A stretch of DNA of 32,000 bases from Raphidiopsis brookii D9 (GCA_000175855.1 ACYB01000007.1:1-32000); one strand, 5' to 3'. Shown: positions 1 to 9,696, counted from the stretch's first letter. Numbers and translations: made by a program. Notes: generated from the sequence alone by a model not told the origin.

Positions 1-912
1 GATGTAAAAAACTTATATGAACAACATACTCAAGCTACGGGACAAATATTTACACCAGATGCTATAAACCATGCCTATTATTTAACCCAGGGACAACCTT
101 GGTTAGTTAATGCTTTAGCTCGTCAAGCGACAGAATTTTTAAATACGGATCCAAGTGTTCCTATCACTGTGGATTTAATCAATGAAGCTAAGGAAATATT
201 AATTCAAAGACAAGATACTCATTTAGATAGTTTAGCAGAAAGATTACGGGAAAATCGAGTGCAGGCAATTATTGAACCTATTTTATCTGGGGAACAATTA
301 CCGGACGTTCCCCAAGACGATATTCGTTTTGTTTTAGATTTAGGTCTTTGTCGTCAAGACACAGGTAGAGGTTTAGAAATTGCTAATCCCATTTATAAGG
401 AAGTTTTGCCGAGGGTGTTAGCATACACACCTACCATGTCCTTGGGAGTAATTGAGCCAGAATGGTTAAGTCCCACAGGGGAATTAGTACCGGAACAATT
501 ATTGGCAGCATTTTTGGAATTTTGGCGCCAGCATGGGGAACCATTATTCAAAAGTACACCCTATCCAGAAATAGCACCCCATTTAGTGTTAATGGCATTT
601 TTACATCGAGTGGTAAATGGTGGTGGAACCTTAGAAAGAGAATATGCCATTGGTTCAGGAAGAATGGATATTTGTTTACGTTATGGTCAGGTGGTATTAG
701 CAATGGAATTAAAGGTGTGGAGAAAAGGGAGTAAGGATCCATTAACCGCAGGTCTCAAACAATTGGATAAGTATTTATCGGGATTAAATTTAAAAACAGG
801 ATGGTTAGTGATTTTTGACCGTCGTCCAAATTTACCACCTGTTAGTGATAGAACAACTACGGAAATGGCTATTAGTCCCCAGGGAAGAAGTATTACGGTG
901 ATTCGTGGTTAA
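1..912 (+). CDS. C-terminal part of AAA-like ATPase protein with PD-(D/E)XK nuclease-like domain (5' truncated by window edge)
   Basis: Frame 1 is open from base 1 (DVKNLYEQHTQATGQIFTPDAINHAYYLTQGQPWLVNALARQATEF...) into the 169..912 ORF. C-terminal GSGRMDICLRYGQVVLAMELKVW resembles a D...ExK nuclease core. Confidence 0.75.
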   Translation, partial: DVKNLYEQHTQATGQIFTPDAINHAYYLTQGQPWLVNALARQATEFLNTDPSVPITVDLINEAKEILIQRQDTHLDSLAERLRENRVQAIIEPILSGEQLPDVPQDDIRFVLDLGLCRQDTGRGLEIANPIYKEVLPRVLAYTPTMSLGVIEPEWLSPTGELVPEQLLAAFLEFWRQHGEPLFKSTPYPEIAPHLVLMAFLHRVVNGGGTLEREYAIGSGRMDICLRYGQVVLAMELKVWRKGSKDPLTAGLKQLDKYLSGLNLKTGWLVIFDRRPNLPPVSDRTTTEMAISPQGRSITVIRG

Positions 913-1014
913 CCCAGGGTAGGAGTTGCTTTATTTTAAAAAACATTATTTTGTCTTCCACCCTAATATCTTACCTAATATCTTAAATATACCCACTCAA
1001 AATAGCACCCTCAT

Positions 1015-1052
1015 ATTTCTCGTTCAAGAGCGATCGCTCTTGAACGAGAAAT
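1015..1052. terminator. Perfect 38-bp palindrome centred on HIP1 octamer, candidate bidirectional terminator/structured site
   Basis: ATTTCTCGTTCAAGAGCGATCGCTCTTGAACGAGAAAT is identical to its own reverse complement. It is followed by a T run and lies 102 bp downstream of the stop at 912. Confidence 0.5.
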
Positions 1053-1520
1053 TTTTCAATCTGGGAGAAAATCTCAAATTATTCCGCAAATATGTAACGC
1101 CGGTTTTGTCCCGAATGGTTAAAAACTAATTAATACTTAACAAAACTTAACTTATATTAAAATACGGTAATAACAGTCATTAAGAAACCAGTAATGATCA
1201 ATCGCTCCGTAATTATTCGATTTGTCTATCGCATGACTTTTACTTTTATATGTGGTACTGGAGACTATAATGGTGCCATAGTGTCAAGTACTGGCTGTGT
1301 GTTGGTTTTGAGTTCTTTTGTTTTCAGAGGATAACCTCACTATATCAACCCCTCCTTTCACACTATCTTTTTAGGTAAAAGTATTGTTAATAGCAAACTA
1401 ACTCATCTTGGTATTAATACCTTTGTTTTAGCTGGTTAAATTAGCAATACTTACATTATTGTATGCTGTGATGCAATTTTCATCAATTAAAAGTCACGTT
1501 TATATTAGTAGGAAATTAAA

Positions 1521-3755
1521 ATGTCTAATTTGGCAGGAATTGATTTAGGGACTACAAATAGTCTTATCGCTTTCAAACTGGTTCAACCAGAAGTCGTAAC
1601 TGCTGATGACAACAGAGCTCCTGAAAGAACATTAACGCCTTCTGTTGTTGCTTGGGAGCAAAATGGTTTTGTAGTGGGAGAAAAAGCTCGTAACCAGTCA
1701 GTGGCCAATCCAGAAAAGGTGGTCAGATCTATCAAACGTTTGATGGGGAGAGATTTTGATGATCCTAATGTTCAAGAACACTTATCACAATTCTCTTTTA
1801 AAGTTACCCAGCATAGTGAGGGTGCTAAAAATAGCATCTCAGTCTGGTTAGATGGTAAAGAATACCAACCAGGAGATATATCAGCGGAGATCCTCAAAAA
1901 AGTTGTCCAAAACGCCCAAAATTACCTAAGAAAACAAAATAGAGAAAGTCAAATTACCCATGTAGTTGTCACCATCCCAGCTTACTTTAACGATAAACAA
2001 AGACATGCAACTGAGCAAGCTATTTACAAAGCAGGATTAGATCCCATCGAATTGCTCTCGGAACCAACCGCAGCGGCAATTTCCTATGGTTTTAAACCTG
2101 ATGAATCAGATGTCGTCAAGACTATTTTGGTTTATGATTTTGGTGGAGGTACCTTTGACTGCTCTCTAATTACAGCAGTAGAAAACCGTTTTATCGAGTC
2201 TGGTAAAGCAGGGGATTTATGGTTAGGAGGTGATGATATTGACTCCCAGATTACTAAGTTCGTTTTAAAACAGGTGGCACAGGAATGGGATATTGATATA
2301 GATTCTCTAATTGAGAAAATGCCTGAGTCACAGCGTCTTCGTTTTATGAGGGAGCTAAGTGAATCCGCAGAACAGGCAAAAATTTCCCTGAGTGGTAGTA
2401 ACTCAGCCCACATTATTCCGAACACTCCTCTGATTGATGAAGAGGGAATGGTAGTTCCAGTAGACGTGAGAATTACCCGCGAGCAGTTTGAGAAGATGAT
2501 TGAGCCAATGATAGATCGCACCATTGCTATCTGCTTGGATGCCCTAAAATTTTCAGACTATCCATTGGAAGCAATTGATATCGTTCTTATGGTAGGTGGT
2601 TCATCTCAAATTCCCCTGGTTCAACGTAAGCTTCGTGAATCCTTTGGCAAGGAAAAAGTGGTAGTTCACCCTCGTCCTATGTACGCTGTGGCTGAAGGGG
2701 CAGCTATTGTAGCGGCTAGTGGTATTCAGAAAGTTATCACCGTAGGGCGGGACTACTTTATTGAGCTAGTTGACAAGCCAGGACACAAAATAATTGAGCG
2801 TGGTGAGCAACTTCCGGTCAGCAAAAAACATACTTTTACTACTGAAGCTGATGGACAATGTCTCATTCACCTCAAATTTTTCACTTCAGATCAGGTAAGT
2901 GAGAACATTAATCATAGAGAAAAAAATGAGCGTATAGGAGATATGTGGTTGGTTCTTGACCAACCTTACCCAAAAGGAACAGAGATATCTCTCACAGCAG
3001 AATTGGATGAAAAGAACAGTTCTCTCCACATTTCAGCCTGTCTTAAACATAATCCCTCTGTTAAATTGAGTACTTCATTTTTACGTGGAAACCGGGATCA
3101 AATAACAAATGAAAGACTTGAAAAACTACTTGAAGATATAAACAAAGACCTAATTTTAACAGAATATGGGGTCAAAAATATCAGCCAGATAGCAGCTGAA
3201 ATAGTTCGCATTTCTCAGAATATGATTGGTAAGGATGGAACTGTTATCCTTGAAAGGAAAATGGAGGCAGAAAAAAAACTGCGAGAATTACAAATGATTT
3301 CTTCGAGGGACAATAGGCAGGTTGAATACTATATTAGTACATTCAAAATGGTTCTTGAATTGTGTCCTTTCCTTTTGTCTGAGACACAGAAATCACAAAT
3401 GCAAGATCTAGTCGAAAAACTGCAAAAGGCAAAAGAAGAACAAGACTTGAAGGATATACAAACATATTGTCAACAAGCACAAGTAGAACTCGAAAATTTA
3501 CTGAGTAGTGAGAGCCGTAGTTCATCTTTAATTCAACTCATATTGTTTACAATAGAAGCAATTGAAATTGCCAATCATCGAGACCAAACTCAAGCAAACT
3601 TAATGAGATCTAAGCTGGGTCAGGTATTGAATGCGATGGAGCGTGGTAATGAAGATGATGCAAATATTTTGTTACGAGAGTTACTACCCTATGTTGAACA
3701 CTGGGTCTCGCAAGACAGGGAAGGATCGAAGATTTATACAGGAATACATTCCTAA
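1521..3755 (+). CDS. Hsp70 family (DnaK-like) chaperone with divergent extended C-terminus
   Basis: GIDLGTTNSLIAF, EPTAAAISYGF, YDFGGGTFDCSLI and LMVGGSSQIPLVQ motifs; 744 aa. Confidence 0.95.
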   Translation: MSNLAGIDLGTTNSLIAFKLVQPEVVTADDNRAPERTLTPSVVAWEQNGFVVGEKARNQSVANPEKVVRSIKRLMGRDFDDPNVQEHLSQFSFKVTQHSEGAKNSISVWLDGKEYQPGDISAEILKKVVQNAQNYLRKQNRESQITHVVVTIPAYFNDKQRHATEQAIYKAGLDPIELLSEPTAAAISYGFKPDESDVVKTILVYDFGGGTFDCSLITAVENRFIESGKAGDLWLGGDDIDSQITKFVLKQVAQEWDIDIDSLIEKMPESQRLRFMRELSESAEQAKISLSGSNSAHIIPNTPLIDEEGMVVPVDVRITREQFEKMIEPMIDRTIAICLDALKFSDYPLEAIDIVLMVGGSSQIPLVQRKLRESFGKEKVVVHPRPMYAVAEGAAIVAASGIQKVITVGRDYFIELVDKPGHKIIERGEQLPVSKKHTFTTEADGQCLIHLKFFTSDQVSENINHREKNERIGDMWLVLDQPYPKGTEISLTAELDEKNSSLHISACLKHNPSVKLSTSFLRGNRDQITNERLEKLLEDINKDLILTEYGVKNISQIAAEIVRISQNMIGKDGTVILERKMEAEKKLRELQMISSRDNRQVEYYISTFKMVLELCPFLLSETQKSQMQDLVEKLQKAKEEQDLKDIQTYCQQAQVELENLLSSESRSSSLIQLILFTIEAIEIANHRDQTQANLMRSKLGQVLNAMERGNEDDANILLRELLPYVEHWVSQDREGSKIYTGIHS

Positions 3756-3848
3756 TTAATTAATTTATTTACCCTGACAATACACTTGCCAAATCATACA
3801 CCAAAACTTGGAAAATAAGGTTATTAATTTAACTGGTGTTTTCCAAGT

Positions 3849-4403
3849 ATGTATATTCACAAAAAATTACTCATGAAAAGCAGAATTTGCGTGGTTTGTA
3901 GCTCTCCAATGTTGGAAGATTCTATTTGCAAAAACTGTGGGACAAATCTATCCACAATTTTAATGCTGGAAGGATTACCATCACGAAAAACAACATCCTC
4001 GGAAAAGGCAAAAATTTTACCCGATCAGATTAGTTTAGTGGTTTTAATTCTACTGCTAGGAACTGGAGTCGGAGGGTTCGCCTACTCTTTGTTATTTAGG
4101 CGACAATCACCAACTGTTCAAGTTCAAAATCAACCGACCATTAAAGCAACCATTCAAGAATTAAAGGTACAACCTCCTTCCCCCAATGTAATTTCTAGAC
4201 AACCTCATCAGAAAGGTTGCGGAGGCTTTTATTATACGGTGCGTCGCAGAAATTCTCTCTCACTTATTGCTTCACGTTTTTACGGAAATGGAAGTTTAGT
4301 GAAATTTATAGTCAATGCCAATCCCAGCTTGAAAAACAGAGAAGACACTCTGTATATAGGTGAACAGTTGTTTATCCCAAATCGTGAGGAATCTTGTCGA
4401 TGA
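3849..4403 (+). CDS. Zinc-ribbon + transmembrane + LysM domain protein
   Basis: CVVCSSPMLEDSICKNCG four-cysteine ribbon; hydrophobic ISLVVLILLLGTGVGGFAYSLLF; LysM-like YYTVRRRNSLSLIASRFYGNGSLVKFIVNANPSLKNREDTLYIGEQLFIP. The start could be the internal Met at 3873. Confidence 0.8.
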   Translation: MYIHKKLLMKSRICVVCSSPMLEDSICKNCGTNLSTILMLEGLPSRKTTSSEKAKILPDQISLVVLILLLGTGVGGFAYSLLFRRQSPTVQVQNQPTIKATIQELKVQPPSPNVISRQPHQKGCGGFYYTVRRRNSLSLIASRFYGNGSLVKFIVNANPSLKNREDTLYIGEQLFIPNREESCR

Positions 4404-7018
4404 AACCAATTATAAATCTGTTTAAATCCCTATCCCAGTTTTTACTCAAAGGTGTTAATTTATCCCGCATTTTTTTGGATAAAGTCTCTGAATCTAAGTC
4501 AGACGCTCACAAAATTGAGTTGGTAGCAAAAAATCAATATTCTTTGGAACAGAAATATAAGACTGAGACTGAAAATGGATATTGGGAATTTCAAGAACTT
4601 GATGAGGCGATCGCATTATCAGATAAAATACTGAATAGATGGTCGCTGAGACCGAATTTGTTTGAGGTGATTTTGCGTCAATTATTTGAAGTTAATTCTC
4701 TTTTAAAAAAGCTTAAGAAGCAAAAAATTAGACTTGTTGGAGCTGCGGAAAAAGTTGCTCAGGCTCAAAATCTTGAAGCAGCATCCTGGAATAATCCTGA
4801 GCAAGATGAGGCATTATTCAATGCTAAAGACCTGTATCATAATTGCTATATTTTGGTTGAAAACCCGAAATTTTTACAAGCAGTCAACCGGTGTAAACAA
4901 CAACTTGACATACATGGACAGTTCAATAGTTTTGTGAAACAAGCTAAAGACTTAATTAGTAATTGGAAATTTCAAGAGGGGCTACAAAATTTAAGAAGTG
5001 CTGAAGAGTTGTTTGTAACATTATCCCTACAAGAAGAGATTGCATTTTGCTTGGGTCAAATTGAGTTGCAAGAAGAATTTGAGATGATCCAAACAGAAGT
5101 GTATAACTTAGCCCAGATGAAGGAATTTCAAGAAGCATTTAACAAACTTGAATCCATCTTGATTAAGTTTCCTTACCCAGATGGCAAAGAATTACAGGCA
5201 AAAATATATCAGATTATTGAGGGTAAAAAACGCTTTCAAGATGCACTTATTGCCGAAAAGCAAGGTGACTTAGACCAGGCTATGGATCAATACAAAAAAG
5301 CACTCAATATTTTGCCACAGTTAACGGAATGTAAGATTCGTCTAGCAATTATAGAAATAAAATCTCACAAATGGGAGGAAGCACTTTCTTATGTTGAAGG
5401 TCTGACTGTTGAAAGAGCAACTTACATTCGTGGATTTGCTTATGCCCAGCAAGAAAAATGGGAACAAGCTGAACAAGAATGGAGTTCTCTGTCTGATGCT
5501 GACACAAAGTCCCTATGTATTACGCTGATTAAAAGACAGAAATTATTCAAAATTCAAGAAATAGAGTGCTTTGTTAATGCGGGACAATTTGAGCAAGCTA
5601 AGCTGGCCAGTAAATCATTTCTAGATATATTTGGTCTGGATGACCTAGTGAAAAAAAATCTTGATAAACACATTCAACCCATGCTGAGTCAAATGTTTGA
5701 GAAGTCTCTCTGGGAAAATGAAAACTGGCAGGAGATAACCAAAAAAGCAGAGGAAACTTGGTTGGAATATCCCGATATCAGATCCTTACACAACTGGACT
5801 GTAGCTTCCTATTATTTGGCTCAAATAGATCCAAATAAACTATTGGAATTAATCACTCCCTGGTCTGCTGCTTTGGCAAATATTAACCAAGATCCTTCAT
5901 TACAAAATCTATTTTGGATGGGAAATAATACTGTCGACCTAAAAGAGGTATTCTCAGATCTAAAACAAACTCTTGATCAATTAATTGATCAAGTTAAAGA
6001 TAAAAATATTGAACAGTACTTCCAGTTACGAGATCACTTTCGTTTGGAGTTTACGGCCATAGAATCAATGGGAAATCCACCAATATCTGGAGTCAAACTC
6101 AATCACCTATTTCTCACTCCAGGCTGTTATAAACATTTTATTACCAGTTTACTGAATGATCCTTCATCTTCTATAGAAGAATTATACGATGGACTACCAC
6201 AGGAATCACTATACACAGCTTGGGGACTTGCAGTAGCAGCTTGTTTGGAAGGGGATGTGGAACGAGCTATTAAAATTAAACCACAAGGCAATCCCAGAAC
6301 GGATGCGGAAAAATATGGCTATCAATTTGTCTGTTATCATCAAGGATGTTACTATCTTGGGAAAAACCTTTGGCGCGAATCAGTATTTCCTCTTCAACAA
6401 GGTAAACCTCTAATTACATTGTCTTCCCAAAATTCTGATAGGATAGACCAACTCTGTGAAAAACAGCGTAAAGAAATTGAAGATTTGTCCGAACATCTTG
6501 AGTTTAGTGAATTTTGGTATGATCTTCTACAAACTAACTCCTCTAAGCTATATTTCAGCGAGTATAAGGCTAAAGAGGTTGTGAAAAAGATTGCTGACAA
6601 AACAATGACGGAAAATAAAGGTTTGCAAGAATTAAGAAAAATAAGTAGTATTTGTCCAGATAATCCTGTAGTAGATGATTACATTAACAGGATTAGCTTT
6701 AGTTTAGAACTAGAAAAAGTGCTTGAACAAATGCAGGAGGCAAACTTTCGAGAAGCACTAAACATGACCAAAAAATCGCCCCACCAGGAAAAAATTAAAA
6801 TTACTTTACTGGAGATCTGTTTAGAACTATTTAATAAGATTTCTAAGGAAGTTGAACCCCAAGAAATACCATGGACAGAAGTACCTCGATCAAAATTGAT
6901 ATTGATGTGTAATTTGGTATTATTCATGTACGATCTTGACAGCACCACGGTAGATTATCAAACCTACCGAGATTATCAAGCTATGCGTTCTAGACTGACA
7001 GGTTCGGATTATTATTAA
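4394..7018 (+). CDS. Large helical repeat (TPR-like) protein, 874 aa
   Basis: Repeated helical units such as GDLDQAMDQYKKALNILPQLTECKIRLAIIEIKSHKWEEALSYVEG. Overlaps the upstream ORF by 10 nt, suggesting coupling. Confidence 0.75.
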   Translation: MSMKPIINLFKSLSQFLLKGVNLSRIFLDKVSESKSDAHKIELVAKNQYSLEQKYKTETENGYWEFQELDEAIALSDKILNRWSLRPNLFEVILRQLFEVNSLLKKLKKQKIRLVGAAEKVAQAQNLEAASWNNPEQDEALFNAKDLYHNCYILVENPKFLQAVNRCKQQLDIHGQFNSFVKQAKDLISNWKFQEGLQNLRSAEELFVTLSLQEEIAFCLGQIELQEEFEMIQTEVYNLAQMKEFQEAFNKLESILIKFPYPDGKELQAKIYQIIEGKKRFQDALIAEKQGDLDQAMDQYKKALNILPQLTECKIRLAIIEIKSHKWEEALSYVEGLTVERATYIRGFAYAQQEKWEQAEQEWSSLSDADTKSLCITLIKRQKLFKIQEIECFVNAGQFEQAKLASKSFLDIFGLDDLVKKNLDKHIQPMLSQMFEKSLWENENWQEITKKAEETWLEYPDIRSLHNWTVASYYLAQIDPNKLLELITPWSAALANINQDPSLQNLFWMGNNTVDLKEVFSDLKQTLDQLIDQVKDKNIEQYFQLRDHFRLEFTAIESMGNPPISGVKLNHLFLTPGCYKHFITSLLNDPSSSIEELYDGLPQESLYTAWGLAVAACLEGDVERAIKIKPQGNPRTDAEKYGYQFVCYHQGCYYLGKNLWRESVFPLQQGKPLITLSSQNSDRIDQLCEKQRKEIEDLSEHLEFSEFWYDLLQTNSSKLYFSEYKAKEVVKKIADKTMTENKGLQELRKISSICPDNPVVDDYINRISFSLELEKVLEQMQEANFREALNMTKKSPHQEKIKITLLEICLELFNKISKEVEPQEIPWTEVPRSKLILMCNLVLFMYDLDSTTVDYQTYRDYQAMRSRLTGSDYY

Positions 7019-7161
7019 ACCATTGACTGTTAAAATCATCATGGTTATCCATGCTTCCACTATCGAGCTTTGTTTGAAGACCTTGGGTTTACAAGTTATC
7101 TTTATTCGTTTTGCTTAGTAGCTTTGCTTTTTATCTCAATTGTTTATTAGGAGCAAAAATT

Positions 7162-7497
7162 ATGCCATCGTCTCATGCCAATCCTTATAAGGTTCTGAAT
7201 ATTACTCAAACCGCTTCAAAGGTTGATATAGTCAAAGCTGTTGCTATAGCAATGAAACTGAATGAATATCCCCTAAATGTTATTGCGTCTGCTCAAAAGC
7301 AACTTATAAGCACTAGGCAGCGTGTCTGTGCGGACTATTTGCTGCCCATATTTTCAAAAGTTATACGGTTCAAGAGGTCAGACTTGTCACTTTTGGAAAG
7401 TCCTACTCCACCTCTTGAGTTTTTACCAGAACTTGATGGTATAAATGAGGCAATTCATGATATTAACGGGTTTTTCTCCTTAGAAATGTTTGGATAA
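7162..7497 (+). CDS. Small J-domain-like protein, non-canonical (no HPD)
   Basis: ANPYKVLNITQTASKVDIVKAVAIAMKLNEYPLNVIASAQKQLISTRQRVCADYLLPIF resembles J-domain helices I-III of DnaJ-type proteins. ATG at 7162 is preceded by TAGGAG; the track ORF begins at 7111. Confidence 0.6.
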   Translation: MPSSHANPYKVLNITQTASKVDIVKAVAIAMKLNEYPLNVIASAQKQLISTRQRVCADYLLPIFSKVIRFKRSDLSLLESPTPPLEFLPELDGINEAIHDINGFFSLEMFG

Positions 7498-7582
7498 GGT
7501 GTTGACACTCCCCGCTCTAAAGAGTTGACAACGCTAATTTTTTCTACCTTATCCTCCGTCATAATGGAAATAGCCATCTCAA

Positions 7583-8182
7583 GTGAATATGTTTAATCAA
7601 TTTGTTCAATTACTACTTCCTAATGCAAAATATATAAAAAAAATTGCATTTGATCGGATTCTGAGACCTTTTCGGGATAAGCAGTCTGCAACCGATCTAA
7701 TATCTGAATCTACGGAAACTTTGGAATTAAGCACTAAACAGCGTGACCAGATAATTGAAGAAATAAGAATCCTCCTGAAAAATGAAAAGACTTTACAACA
7801 AACCCTAAAAAAAGAACAGGATCAGAGGAATACTGCTAATGAACAGCTATTTTTGGAACTCCTAGGTATATTTGATACTCTGGAATTTCTAGTCGATTAT
7901 TTAAGTAACAGTCCGGAACCTAGTGCAAAATCTATTAAACGCTTATCAAAGCAGTTAGAAGTTTTACAGAGGAAACTTGTTGGTATACTTGAACAAAGGA
8001 AGGTAGAATTAATTGAGGATTTAAATCATACTAAACCTGATTTTAACCTATGTGTTGTTGTAGACCGTGAAGTCCGTAATGATCTGGAAGAACAGACTAT
8101 TACAAAAGTGGTTAAAAAGGGTTTTCGTATTGAAAATAGGGTTCTACGTCCCATTGAGGTAATCACATCTAAGCAACAATGA
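7583..8182 (+). CDS. GrpE-like nucleotide exchange factor
   Basis: N-terminal coiled coil (LSTKQRDQIIEEIRILLKNEKTLQQTLKKEQDQRNTANEQLFLELLGIFDTLEFL), then KPDFNLCVVVDREVRNDLEEQTITKVVKKGFRIENRVLRPIEVITS matching the GrpE C-terminal pattern. Confidence 0.85.
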   Translation: MNMFNQFVQLLLPNAKYIKKIAFDRILRPFRDKQSATDLISESTETLELSTKQRDQIIEEIRILLKNEKTLQQTLKKEQDQRNTANEQLFLELLGIFDTLEFLVDYLSNSPEPSAKSIKRLSKQLEVLQRKLVGILEQRKVELIEDLNHTKPDFNLCVVVDREVRNDLEEQTITKVVKKGFRIENRVLRPIEVITSKQQ

Positions 8183-8382
8183 TAAGTAGTATTATTAATC
8201 AATACCTTAGCATTAGCCAAAAAATGTTGGTAGCACTCTTTATGTAGGTTAACACCATATAACCCAGAGAATTTTGGACAGTATGCTTAATCAGGAACAA
8301 ATGTCAAGAGGTGATAAGAAATTTAGTCACAGTTTGCTACCCTAAAATAATTAGTTATTACCACCAGTTGGTTTTTGTGATT

Positions 8383-9696
8383 ATGAGTTTAGAAATTAGT
8401 TTACAACCCACCCTAAAAGAAATTGCCCAAAAAACCCGTTTAGCTGCTCTTAATTTATCCCTATTAACCAGTAAACAGAAAGATTATGCTCTTGATACAG
8501 TTGCTTTGGCTTTAGAGTCTGCTCAAGAAGAAATCCTTCAGGCAAATATAGCTGATTGTCAAACTGCAATGTCTCAGGGTATCAGTAAATCATTATATAA
8601 ACGATTGTATTTAGATTCTAATAAACTACAAGAAGCGATCGCTGGTGTAAGAGATCTAGTCAAACTAAAGGATCCAGTGGGTCAAGTTCAAATCCATCGA
8701 GAAATTGACAGGGGATTAATTCTCAAGCGTATAACCTGTCCCTTGGGTGTGCTGGGGGTTATTTTTGAAGCTAGACCAGAAGCTGCTATTCAAATTGTTT
8801 CCCTGGCAATTAAATCAGGGAATGGAGTCATTCTTAAAGGAGGGAGAGAAGCAATAGGTTCTTGTGATGCCATAGTAAAGGCGATTAAACAAGGTTTATC
8901 CAAGACCGATATTAACCCGGATGTGGTACAGTTATTAACCACCCGAGAAGAAATATTAGAACTTTTAAATTTAGATAAATATGTAGATTTAATCATTCCT
9001 AGGGGTTCAAATTCCTTTGTCAGATTTGTGCAAGAAAATACTCGAATTCCAGTATTGGGTCACGCGGATGGAATTTGTCATCTGTATGTAGATAAAGCAG
9101 CAGATATTCATAAGGCAATTGATATTACTGTAGATGCCAAAACCCAATATGCAGCTGCATGTAATGCCATTGAAACCTTACTAGTACACAGTAGTATTGC
9201 CCAGGAATTTTTGCCCCAAGTTGCATCAGCTTTAGAATCTGAAAATGTAGAACTAAGGGGAGATAACCGAACCTTGGAAATATTACCAAAAATTGAATTG
9301 GCCACGGAAGAAGATTGGCAAACAGAATATAGTGATTTGATTTTGTCCATTAAAATAGTTGATTCCTTAGAAGACGCTATCGCTCACATCAGTGAGTATG
9401 GTTCACGGCATACCGAAGCGATAATCACAGAAGACTTGATAGCAGCCAATACCTTTCAAGCATTAGTCAATGCAGCAGGAGTATATCAAAATTGTTCCAC
9501 TAGATTTGCTGATGGTTTTCGTTATGGTTTTGGTGCAGAAGTGGGAATTAGTACCCAACAAATGCCACCTCGGGGACCTGTGGGTTTAGAAGGGTTGGTA
9601 ACCTATAAATATCATATAATTGGGGATGGACACATTGTGAAAACCTATACAGGCGATCGCAGGAAAGGGTTTACCCATAAAGATCTAGGAATCTAA
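8383..9696 (+). CDS. proA: Glutamate-5-semialdehyde dehydrogenase (gamma-glutamyl phosphate reductase)
   Basis: [71 protein letters not shown]. Likely start at 8383 (track ORF opens at 8311). Confidence 0.95.
   Translation: MSLEISLQPTLKEIAQKTRLAALNLSLLTSKQKDYALDTVALALESAQEEILQANIADCQTAMSQGISKSLYKRLYLDSNKLQEAIAGVRDLVKLKDPVGQVQIHREIDRGLILKRITCPLGVLGVIFEARPEAAIQIVSLAIKSGNGVILKGGREAIGSCDAIVKAIKQGLSKTDINPDVVQLLTTREEILELLNLDKYVDLIIPRGSNSFVRFVQENTRIPVLGHADGICHLYVDKAADIHKAIDITVDAKTQYAAACNAIETLLVHSSIAQEFLPQVASALESENVELRGDNRTLEILPKIELATEEDWQTEYSDLILSIKIVDSLEDAIAHISEYGSRHTEAIITEDLIAANTFQALVNAAGVYQNCSTRFADGFRYGFGAEVGISTQQMPPRGPVGLEGLVTYKYHIIGDGHIVKTYTGDRRKGFTHKDLGI

Noticed and set aside
926-1129. 67-aa plus-strand ORF downstream of the nuclease-like gene
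   Set aside because: Runs through the 12-bp tandem duplication and the 38-bp palindrome; low-complexity composition and no domain.
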